A stretch of DNA of 64,000 nt, from assembly GCF_009914755.1 (NCBI RefSeq), contig NC_060937.1; one strand, given 5' to 3'. A program made the position numbers and the translations under genes. This document shows, piece after piece, positions 1 through 17,125 of the stretch; position 1 is the first letter of the stretch, and each line of letters begins with the position of its first letter. Source of the stretch: the human T2T-CHM13v2.0 reference genome, Homo sapiens. The notes under the pieces are model-generated. The model was given only the letters and a program-made list of their open reading frames with translations, was not told the DNA's origin and did no database searches.

Positions 1-277
1 GGTATTTCTAAAATGTTCTTTGTTAAAGTTTACACTTCCTTTCCCTAAAAGAAGTACTTACAGATAGGAATCTTAAAGCTAGTGGGAAAGAACTGTAGGA
101 CACAAAACAGATACTTCAGTGGCACAAATGGGGCAAAGAAGCACCCATGCCTGTTATGAAGTAAATTCTCTAGGAAGTTTGGTGGTGTTGGGGAGTCAGG
201 GACTTAAGCTCAGATAAGCCAGAAGGCACTCCTCTGTCACCCACTTCTTCATAGTCCCAGGGACTGTGTCACCTTAC

Positions 278-387
278 CAGGCCACTAGAAGGAGAGAGTG
301 ACAAGAACATGGCAGTTTGGCACGGCAGACCCCAACCTTCATCCATCGAGGGCTTGTGATTTTGTGGGGATACTTGAAGGCTGACTG
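278..387 (-). ncRNA. Candidate exon of an antisense lncRNA (CLYBL antisense)
   Basis: Minus strand: acceptor tttaaaccttttattCAG (390-388, with a NAGNAG alternative) and donor CTG|GTAAGG (277-272). No transcript evidence is available from sequence alone. Confidence 0.4.
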
Positions 388-441
388 CTGAATAAAAGGT
401 TTAAACTTACAGGAAATACCTCTCAACACAAAACCATTTGA

Positions 442-735
<294 letters not shown>

Positions 736-2663
736 TAGGCAGAGTTTTACAATGAGAGCTTTTTTTTAATGTTTAGTTTCCTTAGGGACAGAAACATTAT
801 TGTTCCATTCTACCATTCTGCATCAGTAGTTCGTATGAGGTTGTACTTTTGCCTTTGTCACTTGTCAGCATTTGCACTGACTTAAGTTGTTAGAATATTT
901 ATGTGGAAAATGAGGGCAATTCTGTGTGTAAATATCTCACTTGACAATCATTTTATGATTTGAATGTTCACTTGCAATGAGACCCTGACATGTTCACACG
1001 TGCTAGTTTTCAGCTGCAATTACATTTGCCACTAATTTGTACCTTGGAACGTGTTTACTGAAGCCGCTATGGAGCACTCGGTTCCGGGAGCCCTTTCACT
1101 CATCAACTGCTTCTAGGTCGCACCTTGCACTGGGAGAAACCTGGTGTCTTTCTGGAAAATTCCTTACCATTCAACAGCTTACCCAGTCATGCATTTAGCA
1201 CTTTTTCCTGAAATTCTTTCATAAATAAGCAGGAAGCCTTCTTTGCTATTTTTATTATAAAAGGGGAAATGAGGATAAAAGTTACACATGTTGTTATTTT
1301 AACATCTAGTCTTGTATTTGTTGAAGAGTTACGCTTTTACTTAAAAACAAAACCAGAGACTTATGCCTGTTGCCAGCCTCTGTCAATGATGGCTCTTCAT
1401 TCTTTTAAAGTTCACAGCAGAAAACACTGTGTTAAGCTCTTCTTGGCTTTAAAAGCCAAATTAGACACCCAAAAGTCTCAGCACTTTAAAATCCTTTAAA
1501 AGATGATTTAAGTAAATCACTTTAGAAATCTATGCCCAAACTTTTAAAAAGTACTTTTCACATCTTGCCTTTACAAGTAACTGTGGAATTAGACACACCA
1601 TAAATGTACTCTGTATTTTCTTAATAAGTTTGAATTTTCGGAAAGCCTTTATTTTTATATTATAGAGCCAACACGGCTGTTGGATGTTGAAGAGACCCAG
1701 CCAATATTATTACACATTTCTTTCTTAAGTGCAGAACTTGGATTGGGACAGGGACTGTTTGGTTTGGAAAACATCATCTGTTTTCCTTCTCCTCCTCCTT
1801 TCCTTCTGTGTTTATTTCATTTGGTGGCTGCAAGTTGCAGGTTTTTTTCCACTTCACACTTTTGCTAGCCCTCTTCTTTTCTTCTGCTTTACAATTTGCA
1901 CTAGAAGAGGGTAGCGGGCTTTTTGTTTGGGTTCGGGTTTTTTTCTTTTTCTTTTTCTTTTTTTTTTTTCTTTGCATCTTCCTTCCTTTCCACAGAGAGA
2001 TTGCTGCTGACCAAATTTAAAACACTACAGTGTTTAGGATCCCTGCAGGGCCATTTTAAGTATTTGGAGCCATAAAGGGCCCCAAGCCATAACTACCTGA
2101 ATTGCTTTTAATTACACAATATAGCTGCATCATTTTACTTCAGATTCTTTTTGATTGATGCTGCAGGGCAATTGTAACCGCGAATGATGGGATTAAGTGC
2201 CTCTTGAAGTGACTTTAGCTTCTTGTGGGAACAAAGGGAAAGAGGAGAACACTTAGTCCCTTTTTTGCCTGAGCTGCCTTTTTCTTCACTTGCGTATAAA
2301 GAAATACAATTAACAAACATTATCCCCAGAGGTAAATTGAAATGTACATGCAGACAAGAACCGCTCTTGACTGCAATTAGACATATATGATCTAAGGTAT
2401 TCTGGCCATTCATTAGTGCTAATTGTTTGAGAAACAAGCCCAGAACAAATGATTAAAATGTAGGCGCCATAACTGGGATTATTAGCATGTGTGATAAAAT
2501 GCACACTCTGTGGCTGTACTGAGGAAACGCTTTGGAAAGCAGCTGTGATTTGAAGAATGGTTGGTTCGGCTCTGTGGTGAGCTCTCTTGGTGTTTGCTCA
2601 AGACCTGGTGGTGTTTATAACAAACAACTTACATCTTTCTTTCTTAATTAGTGGGAATCACAA

Positions 2664-2748
2664 TGGTATTTTGTAATTTAATTGTAATTACAAAATTGTA
2701 ATAAATTGTAATAAATTGTAATTACAATATTGGTATTTTGTAATTTAA
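2664..2748. repeat. 18-bp direct repeat flanking an AT-rich (AAATTGTAAT)n / palindromic filler
   Basis: TGGTATTTTGTAATTTAA at 2664 and 2731. TTGTAATTACAA palindromes at 2682 and 2716. Confidence 0.9.
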
Positions 2749-2817
2749 AATCCTATCGCTTTCCTGCGCCTTTGGGTTGCTCCTGCAGTCTAGCGGTATT
2801 GCGGGGACTCGGGATAA

Positions 2818-3177
<360 letters not shown>

Positions 3178-6106
3178 TACACTCCACTTTCTTTAAAATG
3201 TTGGAGGCCAGGGAGAACCACTTGAAAGTTTGCTCCCTTATTTGACTTTTGAATAGTTACTCATCACACCTACACTGTAGTGTGAGGGAAAAGTTCTGAG
3301 ATATCCTCTGGCATTTGGAACTTCTCTTACCATACAGAGACCTGGCAGGGGTGACCTAGTCAGACGTAAACCATCTGGGAGCTGGCTGGTCCATCTGAGC
3401 GGCCAGCAGTCTGCAGGGTTCTTATGACTGAAGGGACTGGTTTTGGGATGTGCCACCCCAGACCTAAAATCGCTAAGCCCTCTAGGACCTGTACAAGTGG
3501 AGAACGCCTAATCCAAGTTAAGTGACCAAAGGAGTAAGCACCAATTCAGAGAGATAGATGGCGATTAAATTTCCTATGGAAATGCATTTAGGAGCTGGGG
3601 CCTAGCACTCAGTGAGAGAGATGGGAGGTACCCAGGGCAAGGGAAAGAGAAGATATGAGATGAAAGAGGAACAAAGGAGCAATAGAGGGCTCAATGGGGA
3701 GTGTGCTGAGCAGGCAGAAGCTGCATCCCAGGTAGTAGGTCTGTCTGCTACTGGGTGCTTCAGGGCTCCCTATTTGGAGCTCAGTGTTTCTCTGTCCTCC
3801 ACCTGCATTGCTGCATCTGGAGTCACAGGCAGGACCATTTGGAGATTGTCCATTTGGTGCCATGAAAACCTGCAACAACCTTTCAATCTCAAGTGAGACC
3901 ACTTGAGATTGTCACCCAACATACTTCCCCAGCCACCTATCCCTTAGCATGTCATTAGCACATTCCAAGGGAAGACAAATATCAGCGTTAGCTAGAGAGG
4001 ATATAAGATTAAATTTGCTTTTAAAGTCAGCTACCAAATTCAAAAGACAAGCACAAAAGATTTTCTGGTTCTCTCCATCTCTAACTGACCTATTCTGTCT
4101 TTCTTGCCATTGTTACAGAAAATGGAATTAAGTCACAAATAAACCATAACATAGATTATTATAGACATACAGCTCTTAATTTTCAGTTTTATTCTTTTTG
4201 TATTTACAAGAAAAGTGTTACTCTCTGAATTTGACCAGTTAGTTCCACTGGAAACTAAGTAACTGTGTATATTCCATAAGAGTGGGTTTGGCAGGGAGCT
4301 GAAAATAAAGGGGAAAGAAACTGTTTTGCACTTTAAACTGGGGCATTGCTGTGTGGTACTGAATTAAGAAAAAAAAATATTAAGCTCCCTTAAAATTAGA
4401 GGAAGTTCTAGGAAGTCTTACCTTAAATAGATATTTAAAGGAATTAGCGCTTATAGCACATTAAACGTACTTCAAAAACAAAACCCAACTATGTTAGAAA
4501 AGCCTTCACGATCACATCCATATGTTTAGTTTTAATTTGCATCACACTTAGCTCTGAATAATTAAGAAGGAAAAAACAATCTTAATCTTATCATGGGTCC
4601 TATACAATCAAAGCCACATACACGTGATTCGTGATCACAGCTTGTATTCACAGCTTTCGTGTGTGTGGTATGGGTCTGGCAATTAGACTCAGACTGTGTT
4701 TTTTTCTAAAAATTATTCAGTGCTAGAGAGTGATCAATATTAAACTCTCCCAAAAATCTACAAATCAGAATAATCAAGGGACTGTGGCTAAATAGAAAAA
4801 AAAAAAAGTCAAAATTCTAAGCTATGTAACATTTTGGCCTCATTTCATTGAGATTGACACTTGAAAGGAATTTTTGAGAGAATCTAGGATGAAAATGGAG
4901 ATTTCATTAACCCAGGTCATTTTCATGACAGTTACCAAAAAAAAAAAAATTTTTTTCAGATGTGGGAAGAACTATTTTCTCAAAATTGCAGAGCCATTTT
5001 CTAGAAGAAAAAAAAAATGCTCTTCCATGATTACTTTCATATCAAAGTACCCAGTCTTGGGGGAGATGCATTAATTTGACACGTTTAGCAGCCTTTGAGC
5101 TTTTGAAAAACTCTGTAAAAGAATCCATGGTTACATCTGTCAGGTTGACAGTCTTTCGTGACCTTTAAAAAAAAGTTAAGGAGAAACTGATCTTTTTAGT
5201 TCACATTTGCTCAGTTACCTCTAACTGAACAAGCTAGGAAATAGTCATTTCAGCTTTAAATACTATTTTTTTTTTTTTTTTACATAGAATCACCAGTACT
5301 AATGGAATCTCTAAATGGAAGAGTTTAGTGGATATTTCTGGTGGTCTCATGGTAATGATATGTCCTGTGCTCTTCACTGGCTATTTCAATACATTAGCTA
5401 CTAAATATTGTCTTTTCTGCACCTGTTTTTAGAATCAGATCTCCTTAGGAAGATCAACAGTGGGCATTCTAACTAGGGGCCTCTGCTTTGAATGTTCCTC
5501 ATTGGCCAGTAAGGGAACAAGTTTCTTCTTTGTTCCTTACACACAGAGTTCCAGGATCCAAAATTATTAATGATCTCTACAGAGGCAAAGAGAACTCAGG
5601 CTGGCGTGTCCTTTCTGTTTTAATTACAATTTACCAAATCCTCCCATGTCATGCACTTGACAGGTGCTATACCTCATAGTTCCCAATGCTGGGATTACAC
5701 TTGGAAATCCATCTATCAAATCTCTTTGGGTAGAGTCCTGAGCAGTCATTCTTGGACCAAGTTCTCAGCGACATTAACAGTTAACTATTAATGAACAACA
5801 TCCTTTGACTCCTTTGTGTTTCCAGGAGCCCCTGCTAGAAGCAGCCCAGAAACAGAAGAGATGCTAATCGCATTGTGTGCCTGAACGTGTTCAGTGAAGG
5901 AGCGCAGGTTTCCCTCTTGACCTCGGAGTCACGGCAGGAAAAAAAATCCCTCCAGTTTTCCGTCAGATAAAACCTCTGCTCCTCCTTCTCTCACCAAAAG
6001 TAGAGCCAGAAAGTGGGATTAAGGCAAATACCCACTAACAGGCACATGCGCCATTGTCATTCCCTCTTCCACACAAAACAAGGAGCTTTGCAGAAAAACA
6101 AAAAGC

Positions 6107-6345
6107 TCCTCTCCTCTCCCCCCCGCCCCACCCCCATGCTCCCTTTCTTTTCCTCCTCCCCTCCTCCTTCGTTCCTACCCTCCCACTTTCTTATCCACCC
6201 CGGCTTTCCCTCAGCTGCCCCCCTTCTCCTTTTTCTGGTTTTCTCTCTCACCTGCTCTCAAATGCCCTCTCCCCCGCCTTCCTCTTCCTCCTTGCCTCCT
6301 GCCGCTCTGATTTAGGCCAACTCTTTCCTCATCCTCATCCTCCTT
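6107..6345. repeat. Polypyrimidine (CT-rich) low-complexity tract
   Basis: About 240 bp of mostly C/T on the + strand. Confidence 0.85.
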
Positions 6346-6922
6346 TCAGAAAAGCGTCAGTGTTTACCCTCAAAGGAGCTACCGGGTGCCCATGTGCTGT
6401 GAGGTGGAGCCACTCCGGGAGCTGCCACGGCCACATTTATAGAAAGATGAACCCACACGGGAGACAAACGGGGCTCTCTCTGTTTTCATGGAAAAACTGC
6501 CCTTTTATTTGGGATTCATGAATGGTCACCACAGTGGTATGGGTCTTCCTGTTCCTGGGACTTCGCTGACATAAGCCATGCACCTGCCTGGACAACTAGG
6601 GCTGTGTGGCCTCACAAGGCAGATTCAGTGAGTGACAACAAAGTGCTAACAGACAGTAGCTTCTGGTCCGTGTTTGTACAGCCTACCTTAGGAGGCCTTC
6701 CTTAGCGAGGGCCAGCGTGTGGTGGACTCAATATTTGTTGAATGTGTGTTTTATCCTGAATCTGATCAATACGTTTTTGTTTATGAAATGATAGCATGGA
6801 TGTGATAAGGCCAATAGATGGGGTAATTTTATTTTTTTAATTGTGGTAAAATATACATAACATAAAATGTTAACCATTTTCAAGCATGCAGTGCAGTGGC
6901 GTTAAATAGTACATTATGATTA

Positions 6923-7645
<723 letters not shown>

Positions 7646-7812
7646 TCTAGTTTCTATCTGTATGAATTTGATGACTGTAGGCACCTCATGGAAGTGAGAA
7701 TCGTAGAATGTCTGTCCTATTGTGTCTGGCTTATTTCATTCAGCATAATGAAGAACTTTAATTTTTGACATGGATGCTTGTTTGCTCTCTCATTCTGTGT
7801 GAAAAAAGACTT

Positions 7813-8118
7813 CCAGGCAGGTCGCCTGTAATCCCAACACTTTGGGAGGCCAAGGTGTGCGGATCACCTGAGGTCAGGAGTTCGAGACCAGCCTGGACCA
7901 CATGGTGAAACCCCACCTCTACTAAAAATACAAAAATTAGCCAGTGTGGTGTCTGGTGCACCTGTAGTCCCAGCTACTTGAGAGGCTAAGGTATGAGAAT
8001 TACTTGAACCCTGGAAGTGGAGGTTGCACTGAGCCAAGATCACACCACTGCACTGCAGCCTGGGCGACAAAGCGAGACTCTGTCTCAAAAAAAAAAAAAG
8101 AAAAGAAAAGAAAAAAGA
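7813..8118 (+). mobile_element. AluS
   Basis: Dimeric Alu with TSD AAAAAGACTTCC. Confidence 0.93.
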
Positions 8119-9308
8119 CTTCCGTCATTGGGACACTTGTAGGAACGTCCCTCGCCCCTGGTGTCCCGATGGTCTGAGGAGGCAGTACGCTGCAGTGAGA
8201 CAGTATAACGCAAACTTTACTAAACCGGACAAGAATAAGGATTCTGCTTTTTTCTTGACTCTTGCCAAGCCTGTCCTTTATCTGATGTCCAACCCTTTTC
8301 ATGGGTTTCCATGACAAATAGAGTGGCCAGGGTAGACCAGGAGGGCCGTTCCTTCCCGGTGCCCCTGCTTTGTACCAGGAACCCCACAATAGCCAGAAGG
8401 CTGGCCTAGGAGTTGCCCCCATCCTGTACCCTGAGTCCTTCCTTAGAAGCAAAGCCATGGTGGACCACAAACTGGCTTCCCTTGTGTATCTGCTTTGGGC
8501 ACAAAAGACCATGTCTTCATTTCAGCACAAAACAGTGCACTTCATTGAGGTGTGATATAATTGCTTCAGGAGAGAGTTTGCTCTGAAAATGTCTTCTCGG
8601 CCTTCCTGAAGCAGGCTGCACGCTTATTTATATTGGCACCACATGCTAATCTCACGAATGGCCCTGTTCCGCCAGTGGGAGGACAAATAGCTGTTCTTTT
8701 GCTCCCGTGTCCATGGAAAGCTCCCCTTTCTCCTTGCATGGTTGCCATAGTAACCAAAAAAAAATAGTTCTTCAAAATAGGGAAGGAATCTCTCAGGGTA
8801 CTTGGGAACTTAGCAAAGTGAGAACATAAGTAGGCCTCAATTATCATAGATGCTGGTGTAAATACCTAGTTATTAATAGTCAAAGCGGGTTGAAATTGGT
8901 AGGTGAATTTTGCTGTCACTTAAGAGAGTAGGGAAAGATGGGTGAATAGGCTCTTACCTTCACTCAGTACTACAGATTCTTCTGTAACCATTGGAATTGC
9001 CAGACGAGGTCAGACCCACAGGCCATACAACACAGAATTTAGTTTTTGTTGGCACAGAACAGAGAAAGAGGCAGTGACAGAGCACAGTTATGCTCCTGCG
9101 ACTCCCTCAGCCCCCTCAAAGGATTGGAGATACAGCGCTAAGTAGAGGAATCCATTACGAATCTGTCATACTGCTGTGGATATGTGCACACTTTTCTGTA
9201 AGAAATTTTTATTTTCAACCTTTATCAGCCCTTAGAGTCAAAATCTCTTTAAAGGAGCTAAAGGGCCACAGCATTTTTGTGTGGTATTCTACATAGAAAT
9301 TTACTGAT

Positions 9309-9655
<347 letters not shown>

Positions 9656-9819
9656 TTATGTTTAAGAACATATAAGAACTTACTTAAATTTATTAGAAAT
9701 TGTGGAGACAATTTCCAAAGGATATATAAAAGATATATCTTTTTTTTCTGGTTGTAAAACAGCTCTTCAGTGGTTACTGGACACGGGTACAGCTTAAAAA
9801 TTTTAAAAATATTTGAATG

Positions 9820-10760
<941 letters not shown>

Positions 10761-11219
10761 TAGTGTTTCACATGGTGGGGAGTATAAAATGATAGCCTAT
10801 AGATCAGCTCAAGGTAGGAAACAACGATCTTAAAATGATTCATGGATTATTGTTTTATTGCTGTTCAAATCAGGAAGTTATAAAACTTTCCCCAGGGTTC
10901 AGATCGCCAGTCCCTTTCCACAGTTACCTTTGCTCACTACACACATTCCAACTCACAACACACACAACATACAAAACCCTGGGCGTAGACAGTGCAGAGG
11001 GCCACGGATGGGAGAGCAAGCCAGGCACTCTCATATGCCGCTGGTGGGAGTGTAAATTAGCACAACTCCATTGGGAAGACAGTTTGGTGAAGCCGACGGA
11101 GAGCATTAAATAATCACACTGATAACCTTTTTAGCCCTCTGAGGACAGAGGCTAATGGAAACTTGTGGCCCTTTCTCCTTGAACATTCCCTAGCCTGCCA
11201 CCCAGCCTAGCTTGGAGTC

Positions 11220-12360
11220 CATTCTTTCATTCATTCAGCCTGCATGTGCCAGACATGGTGCTGTGAGCTCCATGTATGGCTTTGAGCCAAGCAGACCAAG
11301 TCCCTGCCCACAGGGGGCCTGTGGCACATGGGCTGTGGAGTTGCACATGAGTGATACCAGCTGGGGCTGATTTTTGCAGAAAAGGAATTTCTGGGAGGCT
11401 GGTGGACAGGCTGGAGAATAGGAAAATGGACAGTGACCAAACTAAGCCCCTAAGAACACAGCCCAGCCCAGGCCAGGGCAGTCTGGCCAGGGTAAACCAG
11501 ACTGTCTACCCTGCCCCCTCCTGCTGCTGTCCTCCTGCTGCTGTCCCTGCGCTGCTGTCTTCCCTCCTGCCATCCTGGGCACTTGCTGGGGGCACCTCTT
11601 TCCTTCACCGGCTCCCACCTTCTTTGTGTCACCCCCTCATGGCTCAAAGGCCCCACCTGCAGTATCTCATGGGCCAAGCTTATGCTTGTGGCCTCTCCCT
11701 AGCTTTCAAAGGATGTGGAGAAGGACCGTGGGGTCTCTGCCTCCACCCCCACCAAACAGGAAGGGTGTTCCTGTCTGGGACAGCCAAAAAGGAAAAATTC
11801 TCTGAACCCAGTGGAAGACAGACAGTGAACAAGTAAACAAAGCCAATAATTCATTTCAAAAGGGGAAGGCCTGTGAAGGGAAGGGCGGGGTTCTGGAGGA
11901 CAGCATCCCAGGAGGGGGCATGGGGAAGGTCCTGCTGAGGACAGGGCATGTAGGCTGAGCCTTGAGGGATGAGAGGGTGGCAGACATGCTGAGATCCAGA
12001 AGAGCCTTCCAGAGAGGGAACCACTTATGGGATGGTCCCGAGGTGAGCAGGAAGATGTGGTGTGTCAGGGAACTGGCAGCAGATACCTGTAACTGAGGGT
12101 GGTAAGCAGAGGAGACGGATGGGCCAGGCAGCCAGGAGCCTGCCAATCTGGGTGAGACATTTGGTTTTTAATGTGAGAACACTGGGAAGCCATGGAAGGG
12201 GCTCAAGCAGAGGAGCATCATGATTTGATTTGTGTTTTTTAAAGTCCAGACTGGCTGTGGTGTGGAGAAGGGACTGGAGAGGGACAGAGGCCCCAGGAAC
12301 CAGTCGGGAGTAAGGTGGTGGTGTCTTGGGCCAGGGTGGGAAAGATACAGTGCAGAGGTG
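11220..12360 (-). mobile_element. L2 fragments (approximately 11220-11380 and 11830-12360)
   Basis: TTCATTCATTCAG 3' end and GGGAAGCCATGGAAGGG...TGATTTGATTTGTGTTTTTTAAAG motifs. Confidence 0.6.
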
Positions 12361-12708
12361 CGTGCAAGGCACAGTTAACGCCCATGTATGTTAGCTCTCC
12401 AGTTTGTAATGTAGAGTAGGATGTAAGTCCCATCCTAAAGGCCCTGGCAGGGAGCTGGAATGCATGGAATACCTGATTGATACTGGGTTTGATTAGTACG
12501 TCTTTAAAATTTATTGATACATTTACCTACATTTATTAAAATGACTTAGAATTTATTGTGCTGTTAGAGTTATTATTTTAGTGGCAATCTCTTTTTAACT
12601 TCATTTTGAATTTAAAGAGTGATGTTACGACTTTCTAAAGCCCTGAACCAAGTTATTTTCTGCACTTAGTCAAGTCTGGACTGCTACTTATATGACTCAA
12701 AAGTATTA

Positions 12709-13351
<643 letters not shown>

Positions 13352-13355
13352 AGAG

Positions 13356-14110
<755 letters not shown>

Positions 14111-15269
14111 CTAGATGATCTCTTTTAAGTAGATACTCATTGTTATGATTTCTGTCCTCCTCTTTTCTGGGCCACAGGGGGCCCAGGAGGAAGTGTACAA
14201 ACCATGTCATGGCAGCCTTCCCTGTGGGCTCCAGTGAAGTTGCTCATGTGTCTTGGCCCTTGGTGACTGGTCTCTGATGCCGTACTAATGGTCAGTGGAC
14301 CTGTGATCTGTTCTTGGGGTACAGGAAATGCATGAGGTGTGCCCAGTGGGTGTGATCATGGCCCTGCAGACAGGGCAGCTCCTGCCTCTTCTCTCCCTGT
14401 TGCTGTCTGTCACCCAACACCAGCCAGCCTGTTACCTCTGATATGGGCGCCCTCACTCCTGGACTCTGACAGCTCCCTTGCAGGCACACTGCCAAAGGGT
14501 CAGTCGAAACTTCTGGATTCTTCCATCCTCAGGGAATGGATAGCATGCCACTGTTGCCCTTCTCTGCCTGAGCAATCTATATTGCTGTGTCTGCTCTTCT
14601 CTGTGCCCCACGTTGATGCAGAGCTCCCATGAAGTCTCCCAGAGGGTGAGTGGGAAGTTGGCACACCCCCTCAGTTTGGACATTCCCATTGCCTCTCTAG
14701 TCACTGTCACTGTCCTGCATGTTCCTGGGATGGGGGAGTAGACCAGGCAGAACCTTCAGCCCTGTCTCATTACTTGGGCTCTCCCCACCGAACCGCTGTC
14801 AGCATCTGAAGGGCTTTGTCTTGCCCGTGACAAGGACTTCACTTCAAATCCCCCATTCCTTTCTCACTCTGCCTCCTAAGAATTCTATGTTCAGACCCTT
14901 AAGCTGCTGGAAATTATAAGACTTCTTCTCCACTAACAAAGGCACGTTTATTATCTCACTGTGGACTTGATACCAGAATCTAGCATGAAGCTCCTAGTTC
15001 AGCAGGGACTTCCTGGTGTTCACCCCATTCTCACCCCTGCACTTCTACAATGATGGCCATGGATTCAGTGGGTGGGGATGTGAAGCAACATGATTTTCAA
15101 ACAAGGGAAACTTCTGCTCATCTCAAAATTATCATTTGATCAGTGGAAGGTTGTGTAATTGATACCTATCTCCCCTGCCTAAATGTAATAGGATTAAATT
15201 CTGGTTACTATTAATGTTCAGCAAGCCCAAGTCCTTTTTGGGATCGGTAAGACACCTTAGTTGTACTTA

Positions 15270-15685
15270 CAACCCTTAATGCAGAGATTCTCATCTTTGG
15301 CTGTACTTTGGAGTCTTTCTGGTAGCTTTGAAGAAGTGCTGAGGCCTGGGACTCACCATAAGAGTGATTTAATTGGTTTGGAATGTGGCCTGGTGTTTTA
15401 GCCCCTAAAGCAAGCTTGTCCAACCTGTGGCCTGTGGGCTACATGTGGCCCAGGACAGCTTTGAATGTGGCCCAACACAAATTTGTAAACTTTCTTAAAA
15501 CATTATGAGATTTGTTGTTGTTGTTGTTTGTTTGTTTGTTTGAGCTCATTGGCTAGTGTTAGTGTATTTTATGTGGAGCCAAGACCGCTCTTCCAGTGTT
15601 GCCCAGGGAAGCCAAAAGGTTAGACAGTCCTGGACTAAAGCTTCCCACATGATCATAATGTTCAGGCAAAGCAGAGATCCTTAAA
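15270..15685. mobile_element. MER5-like hAT fossil interrupted by MER30
   Basis: GATTTAATTGGTTTGGAATGTGGCCTGG before, and CTTCCCACATGATCATAATG after, the MER30. Confidence 0.55.
15411..15632 (-). mobile_element. MER30 (hAT-Charlie MITE)
   Basis: CAAGCTTGTCCAACC...CACAAATTTGTAAACTTTCTTAAAACATTATGAG...GGGAAGCCAAAAGGTTAGACAGTCCTG. 8-bp TSD CCCTAAAG / GACTAAAG. Confidence 0.9.
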
Positions 15686-15811
15686 CTAGCTACCAGCTAA
15701 GTAAAGAAGCCATTCACTTGGGTTTAGAAGTCATGTACTAAATTGTATCTTCAAATGGACATGAGCTTCTTTGATTACTATTGCTATTTTGAATTACTGC
15801 AGTTTGAATGT

Positions 15812-16113
15812 TATTTTATTATTTTTTTTCAGACAGGGTTTCACTCTGTCACCCAGGCTGGAGTGCAGTGACGTGATCATGGCCCACTGCAGCCTTGACC
15901 CCCAGGCTCAGGCGGTCCTCTCACCTCAGCCTCAGGAGTAGTGGGGACCATAAGCTTGCACCACCACACCGGCCAATTATTTAAAACATGTTTGATAGAG
16001 ACAGGGCCTCCATGTGTTGCCCAGGCTGGTTTTGAACTCCTGGGCTCAAGTGATCCTTCTGCCTTGACTTCCCAAAGTGCTGGCATTACAGGCGTGAGCC
16101 ACCATACCCGGCC
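15812..16113 (-). mobile_element. AluJ
   Basis: J-type GGGCTCAAGTGATCC diagnostics. Confidence 0.9.
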
Positions 16114-16307
16114 AAGTGTTATATATTTTTTTAATCAAAATACTTTTCTTTAAATATAGATTTTTTTCAAGTTTGTGGAAACCTGATTGAGTTTCATTGC
16201 TTTCACAGCATCTACTTGTACATAATGGTAGCATTTGACTCAGTTAGAAATTTTTACTGAGGCAAAATTTCTTGCATTAAGACAGTGGCTATATTGGCAT
16301 TCGCTAG

Positions 16308-17125
<818 letters not shown>

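Noticed and set aside
11351-11836. 161-aa ORF, and similar ORFs at 6054-6521, 8000-8512 and 62961-63341
   Set aside because: Low-complexity or GC-rich chance ORFs with no recognisable homology, mostly with non-ATG starts.
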